Assembly (NCBI RefSeq): GCF_006345805.1 | Contig: NC_043019.1 | Location: 27,031,360 to 27,095,359 of the forward strand | Direction: 5' to 3' | DNA: 64,000 bases | Origin: Octopus sinensis | Taxonomy: Eukaryota | Shown: positions 1 through 14,155 of the stretch, piece by piece | How positions within the stretch are numbered: position 1 is the stretch's first letter | How the letters are laid out: each line of letters begins with the position of its first letter | Notes under the pieces: generated by a model | The model's input: the letters and a program-made list of their open reading frames with translations, nothing else | Database searches by the model: none | What the model was told of the DNA's origin: nothing | Made by a program: the position numbers and the translations under genes

Positions 1-47
<47 letters not shown>

Positions 48-304
48 TACATATATATATTTTATATATACATATATCTATATATATATATATATATATA
101 TAGCTATATATGCGTGAGTATGTTATGTCTTTAAATGTTATTGCTTTACAGACTCTCATCTCTCTCTCTCTCGTCTCTCTCTCTCTCTCTCTCTCTCCTC
201 TCTCCCTCGCTCTCTCTCCTCTCTCTCTCTCCCCCTCTCTCTCTCCCTCGTCTCTCCCTCGCTCTCTCTCCTCTCTCTCTCTCTCCCCTCTCTCTCTCTC
301 TCTC
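1..304. repeat. (TA)n followed by (CT)n microsatellites
   Basis: Direct inspection. Confidence 0.95.
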
Positions 305-513
305 AGTACAGATTTGCACATGTTGTAACACACCCTGAAGTTTATTGCTAGTCAACTGCGCAGTTTTACTAATCTCGGTTGTATTTCTTACCTCTTCTTT
401 CCCCCACCCCCACCCTCTACTCTCGTCCCCCGCCGCCGTCTTTTGCAGCCCACACTGACGCCATATTTCTTTGATAAAAAAAAAACACTCATATCTCATA
501 CCGATTATAGTTT

Positions 514-700
514 GCTTATTTCAGTCACTGGACAGTGGCCATGCTGGAGCATTACTTTGAGGGGTTTTCAGTCGAACAAATCGGCTCCAATACCTTTCTT
601 TTCTAAAACCTGGCACTAATTCTATCTGTCTCTTCTTTAACTGAACCTCTAATTTACGAGAACATAAACAAACCAAGATCGGTCTTCAACCGGTGTTGTT
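514..700 (-). mobile_element. Degenerate 3' part of tRNA-derived SINE family A
   Basis: CAGTGGCCATGCTGGAGCA...GTCGAACAAATCG matches the reverse complement of the family A tail seen at 1521-2044. Confidence 0.6.
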
Positions 701-719
701 TTATTTATGTCCTCTTATA

Positions 720-1330
720 TCTCGCTATAATGCGCATTATGTTCGTCTGTCTGTCCGCCTGTTCCTTCTTCATGGTCAAACGGCTAGACCAATGGTCAAG
801 ATGTTTTTCGGGATTAACGAAGGGCTTTAGTGAAAGAAATGTGAAAGGAAAGGATTTAGTGAAAGAAATGCTGATAAGTATGATTATTTAGTGGATATTG
901 AGTTTTGTATTAATAAATCACCTTTGATTTTATTTTTGTTAAAATTCCGGCCACAAGGATTAACTCTGGATTTCCCCCCTGTATAGTTCATGAATTTAGA
1001 GGGTTTAGAATTGCGATATTATCCCTTTATTTCCCATCGTAGAAGGGCAGATTTGCTATCTTACTATAATGGGCCTTATGTCCGTCTGACCGTTTCTTTG
1101 TCTGTTCCCTCTTAACGGCCAGGTGGCTGGACCAGTGGTTACGGTATTTTTCGGGATTACAAAGACGGTTGTCAGATAATCCATCTTCATCAATCTTCCT
1201 GCCACCCAGTGCTGGATTAACCACGAAACCAAATAAGCACGTGATTAGAACATCAATGGAAGAGCGGGGCCACAGCAATAGTAAATGGTTTACGGCACAA
1301 AAGAAATCACTCTAAAATAATATTCGAAGT
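720..1330 (+). mobile_element. Two diverged copies (starting about 720 and 1059) of a Helitron-like non-autonomous element 5' region
   Basis: Both start A|TC..CTATAAT, then share ttatgt(t/c)cgtctg...ggct(a/g)gacca(a/g)tggt...tttttcgggatta. 3' ends were not identified. Confidence 0.4.
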
Positions 1331-1520
1331 GGTGTTCATGGTGTCATAGGGAAGATCTGATCAAGAACTTTCCAGTTGTAACGAGTAGGAGAGGAACTGT
1401 TCAAATATGAATAAAGTGAAAGTATACAAAGATAAACATTATTTCCCATCATACAGTTCAGTTTCATTTTCGAAAATAAATACAGTCCACTACACTCATT
1501 CCTCTCTCATGTTTATCAAT

Positions 1521-1693
1521 GGAGTGGCTGTGTGGTAAGTAGCTTGCTTACCAACTACATGGTTCCGGGTTCAGTCCCACGGCGTGGCACCTTGGGCAAG
1601 TGTCTTGTACTATAGCCACGGGCAGACCAAAGCATTGCGAGTGGATTTGGTTAACAGAAACTGAAAGAATCCCGACGTATATATGTATATGTG

Positions 1694-1758
<65 letters not shown>

Positions 1759-1764
1759 CATTAC

Positions 1765-1809
<45 letters not shown>

Positions 1810-2044
1810 GTGTTTGTGTGTGTGTGTCTGTGTTTGTGTGTCTGTGTTTGTCTTCCCCAACATCGCTTGACAAACGATGCTGGTGTGTTTACGTCCCCGT
1901 AACTTAGCGGTTCGGCAAAAGAGACCGATGGAATAAGTACTAGGCTTACAAAGAATAAGTCCTGGGGTCGATTTGCTCGACTAAAGGCGGCGCTCCAGCA
2001 TGACCGCAATCAAAATGACCGAAACAAGTAAAAGAGTAAAAGAG
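1521..2044 (+). mobile_element. Full-length tRNA-derived SINE family A with internal (TA)n/(TG)n
   Basis: Head GGAGTGGCTGTGTGGTAAG...GGTTCAGTCCC, CORE-like CCTTGGGCAAG, tail (AAAAGAGT)n. Many copies occur in the window. Confidence 0.85.
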
Positions 2045-2119
2045 CAATGACTTACTTCTTCAATTCTATCGTAAGTCAGCTTACCAACCTTCTTAGGATC
2101 CATGGCTAACACAACGAAT

Positions 2120-2422
2120 TATTATAAAAGAGCAGCAAAAAACAAAAATGCACAAAACTTAACAAAAACACCGGGAAATACACAACAGGGATGCTGCCAC
2201 ACCGAGATAAGCGCATGAACTGAGCGAGCTGAGACTGCGCTTGTTTGGAGAGCGTGTGCGAGCTCAGCGCCGATTAGCGGTCGCTTGCATGAAACGCGTT
2301 CGTACTTCAAAACAAAAAAAATCACACGATCTTCGGCTCGTACAGCGAATTACTCGTACAATGGTGCACTCGTACAGCGAATTACTCGTACAATGGTGCA
2401 CTCGTACTGCGAGGTTCTGCTG
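2120..2422 (-). mobile_element. Probable pogo/Tigger-like DNA transposon end containing a 32-bp tandem duplication (2337-2400)
   Basis: Minus strand reads TA|CAGCAGAACCTCGCAGTACGAG. CTCGTACAGCGAATTACTCGTACAATGGTGCA occurs twice in tandem. Confidence 0.4.
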
Positions 2423-2929
2423 TATTTGCCAAATGCTTACGGCCTCTATTGGTCTTAATCCGGCCCTGCTTCTACCCATGTCAGTAACAAATAGCTTCAG
2501 CATCGGACGATATTTAATCCAGCATCCTAAAGCAACGAAACCTACCTTCAATTTCTTCATCATTTCTGCTGCTTTCAGTTGATCGTTGATACCAGCCCCG
2601 TCGTACCTCCTTATAACTAGGTGGACTTGTCTTCAGGCGTTTAACATTATATGTAACAGCGATCTATGGCGCTTATAAGTAATCTATACTGCTAGCGCCA
2701 AGTGACTAGCAAATTATCTGTGAAACGAACGAGATGCTTGTACTTATATAGCAAGACACCGCTTGTATTACGTCACTTGAGATGCGGAGAAAGACGGACT
2801 GACGCGAACATCATTGATCACGTGGTCACACGTCAAACTTTTGAAACCTCACTCAGTGTGTGTGTGTTGGTGGAGTGGGTGGGAGTGTACGTGTGTGTGT
2901 GTGTGTGGGCGTATGTGTGTTTGTAATTG

Positions 2930-4000
<1,071 letters not shown>

Positions 4001-4254
4001 TTCTTTTGCCATTTCCAACTTATCAGAATGTAGGGTGTGGTGTGCTCTGTACATGGTATGCAGACGGGGGTGGGCGGGTGGGTATTGGGTAGTCTACGTA
4101 GGAGTTTGTAAGTAAGGGTGTGAGGCGGAGGAGGATGAGATGTAGGGTATGGCAGCCATAATGGTAAGCAGGTGAGTTAAACTGGGAACTGAAAGTGTCA
4201 AGAAAACATTGCTTCGGGAAACTAGTTAGCAACACAATGGCTCAGGTTGGGTCG

Positions 4255-4262
4255 ATGCAGTT

Positions 4263-4304
<42 letters not shown>

Positions 4305-4541
4305 ACAGTTGTATTAGCAGTAGTAGTAACAGTTGTATTAGCAGTAGTAGTAAAAGTAGTAGTATTAGTAGTGGTCGTAGTAGTAGTAGTAGTACTAGTA
4401 GTAGTGGTAGTAGTAGTAGTAGTAGTAGTAACAGTAGTATTAGCAGTAGTAGTAGTGGTAGTAGTAAAAGTAGTAGTAGTAGTAGTGGTAGTAGTAGCAG
4501 TAGTAGTAGTAGTGGTAGTAGTTAAAGTAGTAGCAGTAGTA

Positions 4542-4572
<31 letters not shown>

Positions 4573-4835
4573 CAGCAGCAGCAGTAGTACCAGTAGTAGC
4601 AGTAGTAGTAGTAGTGTTAGTAGTAGTAGTAGTTGTTGTTGTAGTAGTAGTAGTTGTAGTAGCAGCAGTAGTAGTAGTAGTAGTAGTAGTAGTAGCAGCA
4701 GTAGTAGTAGTGTTAGTAGTAGTAGTTGTTGTTGTAGTAGCAGTAGTAGTAGTAGTTGTTGTAGTAGTAGCAGTAGTAGTTGTGGTAGTAGTAATAGTAG
4801 TTGTTGTTGCTACTGCTGCTGTTGTTTTTGTTGTT
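4255..4835. repeat. Long compound (GTA/GCA/GTT)n trinucleotide satellite
   Basis: Direct inspection; it produces the poly-S, poly-V and poly-T ORFs. Confidence 0.9.
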
Positions 4836-4971
4836 AGTGTTTGCTGGTGATTTGTTGTCACGTGACAACGTAGGTGGAGGTTCTCTAATTGTTCGTATAC
4901 CGCTTGTCAGTTGTGGTGGTCACCATTCAAGGTATATAGACAAGATGAACTAGACATGACTACAACAATCA

Positions 4972-5215
4972 AGGCGCGTGGCTTGGTCGGTGGTTAGGGT
5001 CGTTGCGCTCACGATCACCTGGCCGTGGTTTCGATTCCTGGACCTGGTGGTGGCGTTGTGTTCTTGAACAAAACACACTTCATTCCACGTCACTTCGACG
5101 TCTGATGTGTGGCACACATCGTGCACACAAATATTTGATCACTATGAACAAATATTCTGTGCAGATTGTTCAGCAAAAAAATTGCAGAACCCTCTCCTGT
5201 CATACACGACAGGAG
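4972..5215 (+). mobile_element. tRNA-headed SINE family C, tail variant 3
   Basis: GGCGCGTGGCTT..GTGGTTAGGG...TTCGATTCC head, TGTGTTCTTGAACAA CORE-like segment; the tail is shared with 18184-18420. Confidence 0.7.
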
Positions 5216-5228
5216 AGTCCACCTTTGG

Positions 5229-5447
5229 CAGGGCTTCTTAACCATTTTTTAAAATCTATGGACCCTTTTGATTACTATTCAATTCTGGCGAACCCTACAA
5301 CCGTTCGATGTTTAGAAACCAGTTTTATACATACTTCTTCCAGAATTCTTATTTTGTTTTCCCCACATTAACTTGTGTAGGTTGAATTATGTAAAATGTT
5401 GGAGAAAGAAACCTAGCTCTTTCTTGCAATACATACCAATACATACA
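5229..5447. mobile_element. Truncated hAT-type MITE, a copy of the left part of the adjacent element
   Basis: CAGGGCTTCTTAACC...atctatggaccc...cacattaactt...gcaatacataccaataca aligns with 5455-5670. Confidence 0.65.
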
Positions 5448-5454
5448 TCTAAAG

Positions 5455-5796
5455 CAGGGGTTCACAACCACTTTTTTTTTATCTATGGACCCCTTTGAAT
5501 GCTATTTTAGTCTGGTGGACTCCTCATAGCCATATGATTTTTAAAAGCTAGTTTTATAGAAGCTTCTTTGAAAATTCCCATTTTGTATTTTCTCACATTA
5601 ACTTTTGTAGGTTGAAGTATGTAAAATGTTAGAGAAAGGAACCTATCTGTTCCTTGCAATACATACCAATACAAATATTTTCAGGGGGCCTTTAAAATAC
5701 CATTGTGGATTCCCAATTTACTATTTTGATGCATGGACCCCACAAAATCTTCTACAGACCCTCAGGGGCCACATGGGCCCTGGTTGGGAAACACTG
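5455..5796. mobile_element. hAT (Charlie-like) MITE
   Basis: Ends CAGGGGTTCACAACC / GGTTGGGAAACACTG. Degenerate 8-bp flanks ATCTAAAG / ATATAGAC with central TA. Confidence 0.7.
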
Positions 5797-5995
5797 ATAT
5801 AGACAGATGGAGAAGCTGACTGTTATATTTATTTCTTCACCCGATCACAAAGCCGCATCTTCTTTGGACAGCGGAGTTGCTGGATACATGGTAAATGTCA
5901 ATTGACCCTCGTGGGATGTATACTCTGTACATAAAGGAAGCAATAACTGAAGAGTTAATAATGCAAGGGTGTTTATTTTGTCAGCCTCTGTATTA

Positions 5996-6039
<44 letters not shown>

Positions 6040-6049
6040 CCGTACATAT

Positions 6050-6485
<436 letters not shown>

Positions 6486-7388
6486 ATTTGTTTTATCAAC
6501 TCGTAAATTAACTTAATGTGAACAGGGGTGACTGTGTCTGTAAATACGCGGTCGTTTTTTTTTTTGTGAGTGCGTGCATGCACGTGCAAACATATGTGCG
6601 TGTGACAATTTGCGTGCGTGCGTGCGTGCATACGAATCGGTGTTGTGATGTGTTTGGCGTAAACATTGTACCCGAACCTCCTTCCCTCCGCACTCCCCAA
6701 CCGCCACAAAGAAAAAAAAATGAAAAAAAATATGGAATCTTGCACACAAATAACAAATACACTTCTACTCTAATGTCCAGGACCCCGCATTTAATTCAAA
6801 TCCAACGTCTGTGTTTAACCTCATTTTATGTTTTTAAAGATTCTTCTCCAAATTCCGAAGTAGTAACCCCCGCTTCGTCCCCAGCACCCAGTCTCAACCT
6901 AATTTTGTTTTCGCTTATCATTCATTCTCACAGGATGCTTTTGTAACGCGTTGCACGAATGTTGGGAGAATGCTTGCTAAGGAGTATGTACTGTGAGAAG
7001 AAGCTCAAAATGTCGGCGTTGTTGTTGCCATTGAGTTGGTTGTTTTGCTTGTTTGTTTTTCGTTACAGTTACAACTATTTTTCGACATCGTCCTAATCAT
7101 CATCGTCGTCGTCGTCGTCATCACTCTCCCCACGCCTTCCTCCTCTCCTCCTCCGCACCCCATGATCATTATGACCGTTACCATTATCAAACATCATAAT
7201 TACAACAACAATATGTGACGTTCCGTTTAGTAGTCTCTTAATTAAAAGCAAGAATTTAATCAAGATATGAGTGCAGACAATATTTCACACATCTCTCTCT
7301 TTCTCTTTCTCTCTCTCTCTCTCTCTATCTGTCTATCTTTCTACATACATGCACACACCGCACGCACAAACACACACACAATATATAT

Positions 7389-7441
<53 letters not shown>

Positions 7442-7739
7442 TATAAGCAAAAAGAAACTGCTCTGAAAATTTTTTCATGGAACAACTGAAAAAAGAAATT
7501 ATATTTCTAGCTAAATAATTACCTACAGGTTTCACTTGCTTTCAAAAATAGATTTAGTCATGTTGAAATAAAGGGAAAACCAACTGAAATGAATTAAATC
7601 AAACTTCCAAAATATCATTTCAAGAGGTTAACATGTTTTTCCTATAAGAATCCCATGGCACCGGTATTTCGTTTTCCTTCTGATTGTTGCTTGTCAATAG
7701 CCTAGCTGGGGCAGTTTCCACCCACCAGATTATTCACAT

Positions 7740-7856
7740 GGTATTGGTTAATCTGGAACTATAGTAAAAGACACTTGCCCAAGGTGCTGTACTGTGGCAT
7801 TGAACCCGAAACCACGTGTTACAGATTGAGGTTCTTAACCACACAGCCATACCTGT
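7740..7856 (-). mobile_element. 5' fragment of SINE family A
   Basis: ctatagtaaaagacacttgcccaaggtgc...gaacccgaaaccacgtg...aaccacacagcca. Confidence 0.7.
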
Positions 7857-8371
7857 GGCTATTACAACAATTTACAAACATTACTATTAAACACAAACTT
7901 CAAAACCAAGGGATAAAATTTACAATTGGTGGATAGAATTCTTTTATATCAAATTTGGGAAATTTGTACAGCTTTCCTTTACTCTGGTTGATAACATAAT
8001 CCAGTGATCCGCTGCAATATTTTGCCGCATATTTGATTTTGGATATTGATGGTTTCTTTTAAAATATCCTTGCTTCTAGACCTAACTTGCCCTTGCGGGG
8101 TTGAGCCCTGTACATTTGGGACATGCTAAAAAATTGTCTTTATAGAATTTCAAAGTTATGTTTGGTTATCATTTTGTTCTGTCTCCTAGGCATTTTTTTC
8201 TGTCTTCTAGCTATAATCTGGTGACTGTTGGTTGTATTTCGCTCTTGGTTGTGCTATGTTTATTAGAGCTAGCTATGCAATATGTTTTATTGTTGTTGTC
8301 TGAGGGGACATTTTGGTGGGTAGCTTTGCTTCAACGATTCTGCGAGCTTACAGTAATAATAGTAATATAAT

Positions 8372-8520
8372 AGCGCTGCTAAACACCGCACATATCCTTT
8401 GTAAAACACTTTCAATACAATAAAAGCAAGAGCCTCACAACAAACCACAGCACATAATCAAGGCGCACAGAGCTGCGCTCAGTAGTTCAGTGAAAGCACG
8501 CGATAAAAAAATTACTGAAT
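8372..8520 (+). mobile_element. Severely 5'-truncated R4/Dong-like RLE LINE (3' end only)
   Basis: Encodes ALLNTAHILCKTLSIQ*. Its 3'UTR matches 32174-32272 and it ends in a TAA-type tail. Confidence 0.75.
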
Positions 8521-8923
8521 AATAATATTAATAATATTATTTTTATTATTGCTATCGTTGTTGTTGTTCTTTATCTTCTTCTTTTTCTTCTTCTTCGAAG
8601 TTGCGAGAATGGTGCGAGTTGGAAATAGGAAAGGAAAAAAAGTCACCTGCTCTAAAAGTCAGGATACCCATGCTTTTTTTTTATGGGATTTTTCCATGAG
8701 CAGACCACGAATGTCTCCTCCCTATTGAGGATCACACATTGCTGATTTAAAAAAAATCTTGCTAGTCTTGTTTACATGCAAAACCCTCACAACAACAACA
8801 CAATCACACACATAAACACACACATTCTTTGTTTTGTCCTGTACAATCCATAACGTTTTTCTTAATGTAAACCCTTGTAGTTAACAAAGAAATCATTATC
8901 ATTATTATTTATCATTATTATTA

Positions 8924-8983
<60 letters not shown>

Positions 8984-9447
8984 CATTTGAAATACCACTT
9001 GCCGCCTTATCAAGATCTATTTTCAGACTGAACTGGTTGTCAGCTGTATAAGGAGAGGTGTACCTAGTTATTTTTCTTTTGTATCTTTTTGTTCTATTAC
9101 TTCCATCGTTCTAAGACAGCTATTTTAGTCCTACTCCCCCTCCTTACATCTCCCTCCCCCTCGCTGTCTCCTTGCCTACCCCATCTCCCACCTCCTCCAA
9201 CTTCACTCTGCGCCTTTTATTGTTTCACTCTACCATTTATTTATTCCTTCCCGGTTTTATCTGGAAATCTAATACATTGTTTATAGTGTGTGTCTGTCCA
9301 ATTTACTCTAGAAGAAAGTAAAAAACAAAAACAAAACAAAAACAAAACAAAAAGAAAACAAAAAAACAATAGGTGGGTGGAGGAGAACGTGGAGTGGGGT
9401 GGATTCCTTTCGCGCCGGTTTTATTTTGTTGATATAATTGCTGCTAA

Positions 9448-9797
9448 GGTGGCGAGTTGGCAGAAGCGTTAGAACGTCAGGCGAAATGCTTAGCGGTATT
9501 TCGTCTGCCGCTGCGCTCTCAGTTCAAATTCCGCCGAGGTCGACTTTGCCTTTCATCCTTTCGGGGTCGATAAATTAAGTACCAGTTACGTACTGGGGTC
9601 AATCTAATCGACTTAAACCCTTTCTCTGTCCTTGTTTGTCCCCTCTGTGTTTAGCCCCTTGTGGGTAGTAAAGAAATAGAACTAGGTATTTCGTCTGTCT
9701 GTACGCTTTGAGTTCAAATTCCGTCGAAGTCGACTTTGCCTTTCATCCTTTCGGGGTCGATTAAATAAGTACCAGTTACGCACTGGAGTCAATCGAA
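9448..9797 (+). mobile_element. SINE family B: head, full body and a second partial body unit
   Basis: GGTGGCGAGTTGGCAGAA head; body GTTCAAATTCCGCCGAGGTCGACTTTGCCTTTCATCCTTTCGGGGTCGATAAA; the body restarts at GGTATTTCGTCTG (9685). Confidence 0.85.
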
Positions 9798-9798
9798 T

Positions 9799-9956
9799 AG
9801 TCATAACAATAGACGGTCTTAAAGTCAGTCAACCATAACAGCAGACAGTCTTAAAGTCAGTCAGTCATAAAAATAAAAATCTTGAAGTCAGTCATAACAA
9901 GCTAAAGACAGGCTTAACGTTAGTCACAACAAAAAACCGTCTTAAAGCCAGTCAAT
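9799..9956. repeat. Degenerate minisatellite, about 28-33 bp, about 5-6 units
   Basis: Recurrent AGTCAGTC..ATAACA..AGAC.GTCTTAA. Confidence 0.7.
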
Positions 9957-10403
9957 AGAAATGCTCTTCTATTAAGTCAATTGTTGTGGTTATTGTCTAG
10001 TCCTGGGGCAATCTTGTCCGAGTAGCCCAATAATGGAAGGCATTCTGGCTGTAACCATCCTGTCTTATGGTTATCATCGACTACATTATGTAATGTTGTT
10101 CATCGTTTCCAATGCAGTAGAGTATGGTTTAGATATTTAACTCCTATTTCTAGCAAACAGTTAGAGAATCCCTGTCTAGCAAAAAGAGCAAAAAAAAAAA
10201 AAAGAAAAGAAAAGAAAGAAAATCAAACAAAAAACAAAACAAAAACAAAACGGTAGAGATAAGAAATGGTGCGTGCGGAAGAGTACATTGATGTTTAATA
10301 GAAGAGAGAATAGTTTTCATGGTGGCACAGATAGAAATGTACAGCGGTCCTTTCTTTGTGATCAGCGAACGGTTCATTGTGACGTTTACTACGTGAAACA
10401 TTG

Positions 10404-10823
10404 GGATCTTTTCGGTTTGAACGGCAGTTTTTTCTAGCGGTGTCATATGAAATTGTCACCCATAATTATGACCCTAGTATCAATCTATTGCATTTCAATC
10501 TCTTTTAGGGTTAGGGGTGGGGGGAAGGGTATCTTTTTTTCTTCACAAATGTAACTAAAACCAATCTGTTTCTGAAACGAGGGACATATTCATACGGCAC
10601 AGAGTGTTTTTTTTTTTTTACCACAATAGACGTCAGTGATTGGTTGAAATTGCAGAAATTGAAGAAAAAAAAACCCCAAATATCTTAGAAACTACAAAAT
10701 TTTCTCAATAAAGCCAAGAGAAAAAGATGTTTTATAAGCACATTCTACCAGTATACGAAGTTTAAAAGTGTTTAGTTACGTGGAAATTATTTTAAAGAAC
10801 TGCCGTTCAAACCGAAAACATCC
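10404..10823. mobile_element. MITE with about 30-bp TIRs starting GG and an 8-bp TSD (Merlin-like signature)
   Basis: TIRs GGATCTTTTCGGTTTGAACGGCAGTT / AACTGCCGTTCAAACCGAAAACATCC. Perfect TSD AAACATTG at 10396-10403 and 10824-10831. Confidence 0.8.
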
Positions 10824-11157
10824 AAACATTGTTCTTCACTCAATTACACAGTAAAGTTAGAGATGGGTGGGGGTGGGGGTACAGAGGTGTGCAGCTCATG
10901 GTGGTGCTAGTGCTGGTGATGAATGGGGTATATGATATCTCGTTCATAATATTCATTTCTATTTCTGCACAACACACCTCTTCTGTTATCACTAAACGGT
11001 TCACAACAACGTTTATCTTCTTTATTCATTGTTTATGTTTATTGTTCACTTCCGAAATGCACAGTAACGACACGGTTTACATAAAAAAAAAATCCTTTTA
11101 CTTCCCTGCGCCAAGCGAAGTTTATGAATAACTTTCACCGACCGTAGTCTTCATTAA

Positions 11158-11380
11158 CCCTTTTGATACCAACCCGGCTGAAACTGCTTCTGGCTCGGTA
11201 GTACAAAAATGTCTTGTTTTCATAAGTTTTGAATTAAAATCTTCCTCCAAACCTTAATCACAATTTATGTTCCTAACACTAGCTGAATGATAACTAAGTT
11301 ATTTTACTAAATTCTTTGTTATATTTAAAATAATTGAAAGAAACACTGAGCATCTCAACAGAAATATGGTAACAAAATGG
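11158..11380. mobile_element. piggyBac-type MITE, copy 1
   Basis: TTAA|CCCTTTTGATACC ... GGTAACAAAATGG|TTAA. Confidence 0.8.
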
Positions 11381-11479
11381 TTAAAGACATTCAGTCAGAT
11401 GTGTTTTCAATTTGCAGAAGATTTGACTGTTATTTCTAACAAGTCCAAACAACTATATGAAACAAAATCTGCAAATTAA

Positions 11480-11694
11480 CCCTTTTCATATCAACCCGGT
11501 TGATACCACCTCTGGCTCTGTAGTACAAATGTTTTGTTTTTGTAAGTTCTGAATTAAAATCTTCCACCAAACCTAGTCACAATTTATGTTCCTAACACTA
11601 GCTGAATGATAACTAAGTTATTTTAATGAATTCTTTGTTATATTTAAAATTGAAAGAAACAGAGCATCTCAAAATAAATATGGTAACAAAAGGG
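11480..11694. mobile_element. piggyBac-type MITE, copy 2
   Basis: TTAA|CCCTTTTCATATC ... GGTAACAAAAGGG|TTAA; the interior is homologous to copy 1. Confidence 0.8.
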
Positions 11695-12209
11695 TTAAAA
11701 CAGTTATATCTCAGAAGAAGCACAAAGCCGTGCCAGTCTATTTACTTGTTATTGCTGCTGTTGTTGTTGTTATCAAGTGTGGGCGGAATACTAGGGTAGG
11801 AATATCAGTCAATTACTAACAGCTCCTTAAAATACAATGTGTGTGTGTGTGTATGTGTGTGATCTAAAAATACGAAACACAGAAAGCACAAAGCCTATAT
11901 TCAAACATACATACATTCATAAGTACATACACACCCACACACATACATACACGCCCACACACACATACATACATACATACATACATACACACATTCATAC
12001 ATACGTACGTTCATACATACACGCATACCTAGGTACGTACGTACATACATACATACGTACGTACGTTCGCATCTAAGTATAAGTGAATGAATGAATGTAT
12101 GTTTGAATATCGGCTTTGCATTTTGTGATTGCTTTTGTATTTTGGATTATATAAATATATATGTGTGTGTATGTGTGTATATATAAATATATCTATATCT
12201 ATCTATATA

Positions 12210-12256
<47 letters not shown>

Positions 12257-12264
12257 GTATGTAT

Positions 12265-12302
<38 letters not shown>

Positions 12303-12305
12303 ATA

Positions 12306-12377
<72 letters not shown>

Positions 12378-12589
12378 AAAGCCAGAACGACTAACAGACA
12401 AACAGCCAGCTATTTTCGCTATCGACATTAGCCCCTTACAAGACAACCCGCCTGCATCTTGTAAGATGATAGCATCACGGAGCATGTCAAAAACTGGGGC
12501 CTAAACTAACCCCTTTGTTTCACCAACCACCCTCACAACACTTCCCCACTCACACTGTTGTCCAACCCCGTCTGTCCCACCCTCCCTCG

Positions 12590-12616
12590 CCCTCCTTTCA
12601 TTCCTCTTTCTTTCCT

Positions 12617-12648
<32 letters not shown>

Positions 12649-12729
12649 TGTCTCTGTCTGTCTGTATGTATGTATGTCTCTCTCCTTCTGTCCTTCTTTC
12701 TCTTCTTCTCTTTCTATCTCTTTCATTTT

Positions 12730-12779
<50 letters not shown>

Positions 12780-13090
12780 TTTCGTTCTCTCTTTCTTTCT
12801 TTCTTTCTTTCTTTCCTTCTTTCTTTCTTTCGAACTTTTACTCTTTCTTCCTTTCTTCTCTCTCTTTCTGTCTTTCTTTCTTTCCTTCCTTCCTTCGCTT
12901 CTTTTTTCTTTCTGAACTTCATCTCTTTCTACCTCTCTCTTCCTCTTTCTTGCTTGCTTGCTTTCTTTCCTTCAATCTTTCTTTCTTTCTTTGTCTCCCT
13001 CTCCCTCTCTCCGCCCCCTCTCTTTCTTTCCTTCAATCTTTCTCGTTTTCTTTCTTCCTTTTAAATTCTTCCCTTCCTTCTTCCTCACTA
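12590..13090. repeat. (TTTC)n/(CT)n pyrimidine microsatellite
   Basis: Direct inspection. Confidence 0.9.
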
Positions 13091-13307
13091 TCTCCCACAG
13101 TCTTACAAGAAAACCCGAGACACTTCCTCCCCTCATTCCACTTTCTTAAGGAGAAGCTCTGTTATACTCTTTACTGACAGATATCACACACACACATGTG
13201 TGTCTGTGTGTGAGTATGTGAGTGCGTGCGTGCGTGTGTATTTGTGAAAGAGGCATAAAAGTAGTATGCGTTGGGGTATCTTTGTGTATTGTGTATGTGA
13301 ATGTGCG

Positions 13308-13351
<44 letters not shown>

Positions 13352-13559
13352 CGGAAAATGAGAAACAGTAGTAAAACGTAACTTAGCGATTCGTTAAAAC
13401 TTTCAACATACCGGAGTAATTACTGGTACCTATAAAAGCAATTGAAACCCATTGAGGGCAGTGTTTCTCAATGATTGTAGCCTTTTGTTTCAAATCAGTA
13501 GAAGAGTATATGGTGTGTGTATGTGTGCGTATGTATGTGTATATATATATATATATATA

Positions 13560-13720
13560 TCGTCTGTCTTTACGTTCTGAGTTCAAATTCCACCGAGGTT
13601 GACTTTGACTTTCATCCTTTCGGGATCGATAAATTAAGTACCAGTTGCGTACTGGGGTCGATCTAATCGACTGGCCCCCTCCCCAGAAATTCCGGGTCTT
13701 GTGCCTAGAGTAGAAAAGTA
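13560..13720 (+). mobile_element. SINE family B body with tail variant 2
   Basis: Family B body followed by GGCCCCCTCCCC..CTTGTGCCTAGAGTAGAAAAG. Confidence 0.8.
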
Positions 13721-14070
13721 TATATATAAAAGTATATATGTATATATATATATACACACACATACATGCGTGTGTTTGTATAATACCGTCTTTTGTTTTG
13801 TTACATATGTGTATATATATGTGTGTGTGTGTGTATCTGCACATACACACACGCACACACACACACACAGACATATATATGTACACACATACGCATAAGT
13901 AAGTATTTATAGTGTGTATATATAGTGTAAATGTGTGTCTTGTATTGACACAAAACCCTCAGTGTTGTAAAATGAAAGAAACAAAACTTGCGTGTGTGTA
14001 TATATATGTGTTTATGCATATACATACATTACACACACACCACAATATATATATATATATATAACTATGT

Positions 14071-14155
<85 letters not shown>

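Noticed and set aside
4226-4861. 211-aa poly-Thr ORF resembling a mucin exon (also the Thr/Val/Gly-rich ORFs at 61792-62562)
   Set aside because: These are pure trinucleotide satellites open in several frames on both strands, with no Pro/Ser mucin pattern, no convincing splice sites and no flanking domain.
6934-6983. Possible 50-nt exon (polypyrimidine CAG acceptor, GTATGT donor)
   Set aside because: No protein similarity or partner exon; such signals are common by chance in AT-rich DNA.
10507-10518. TTAGGGTTAGGG telomeric repeat
   Set aside because: Only two units, and internal to a MITE; not an interstitial telomeric array.
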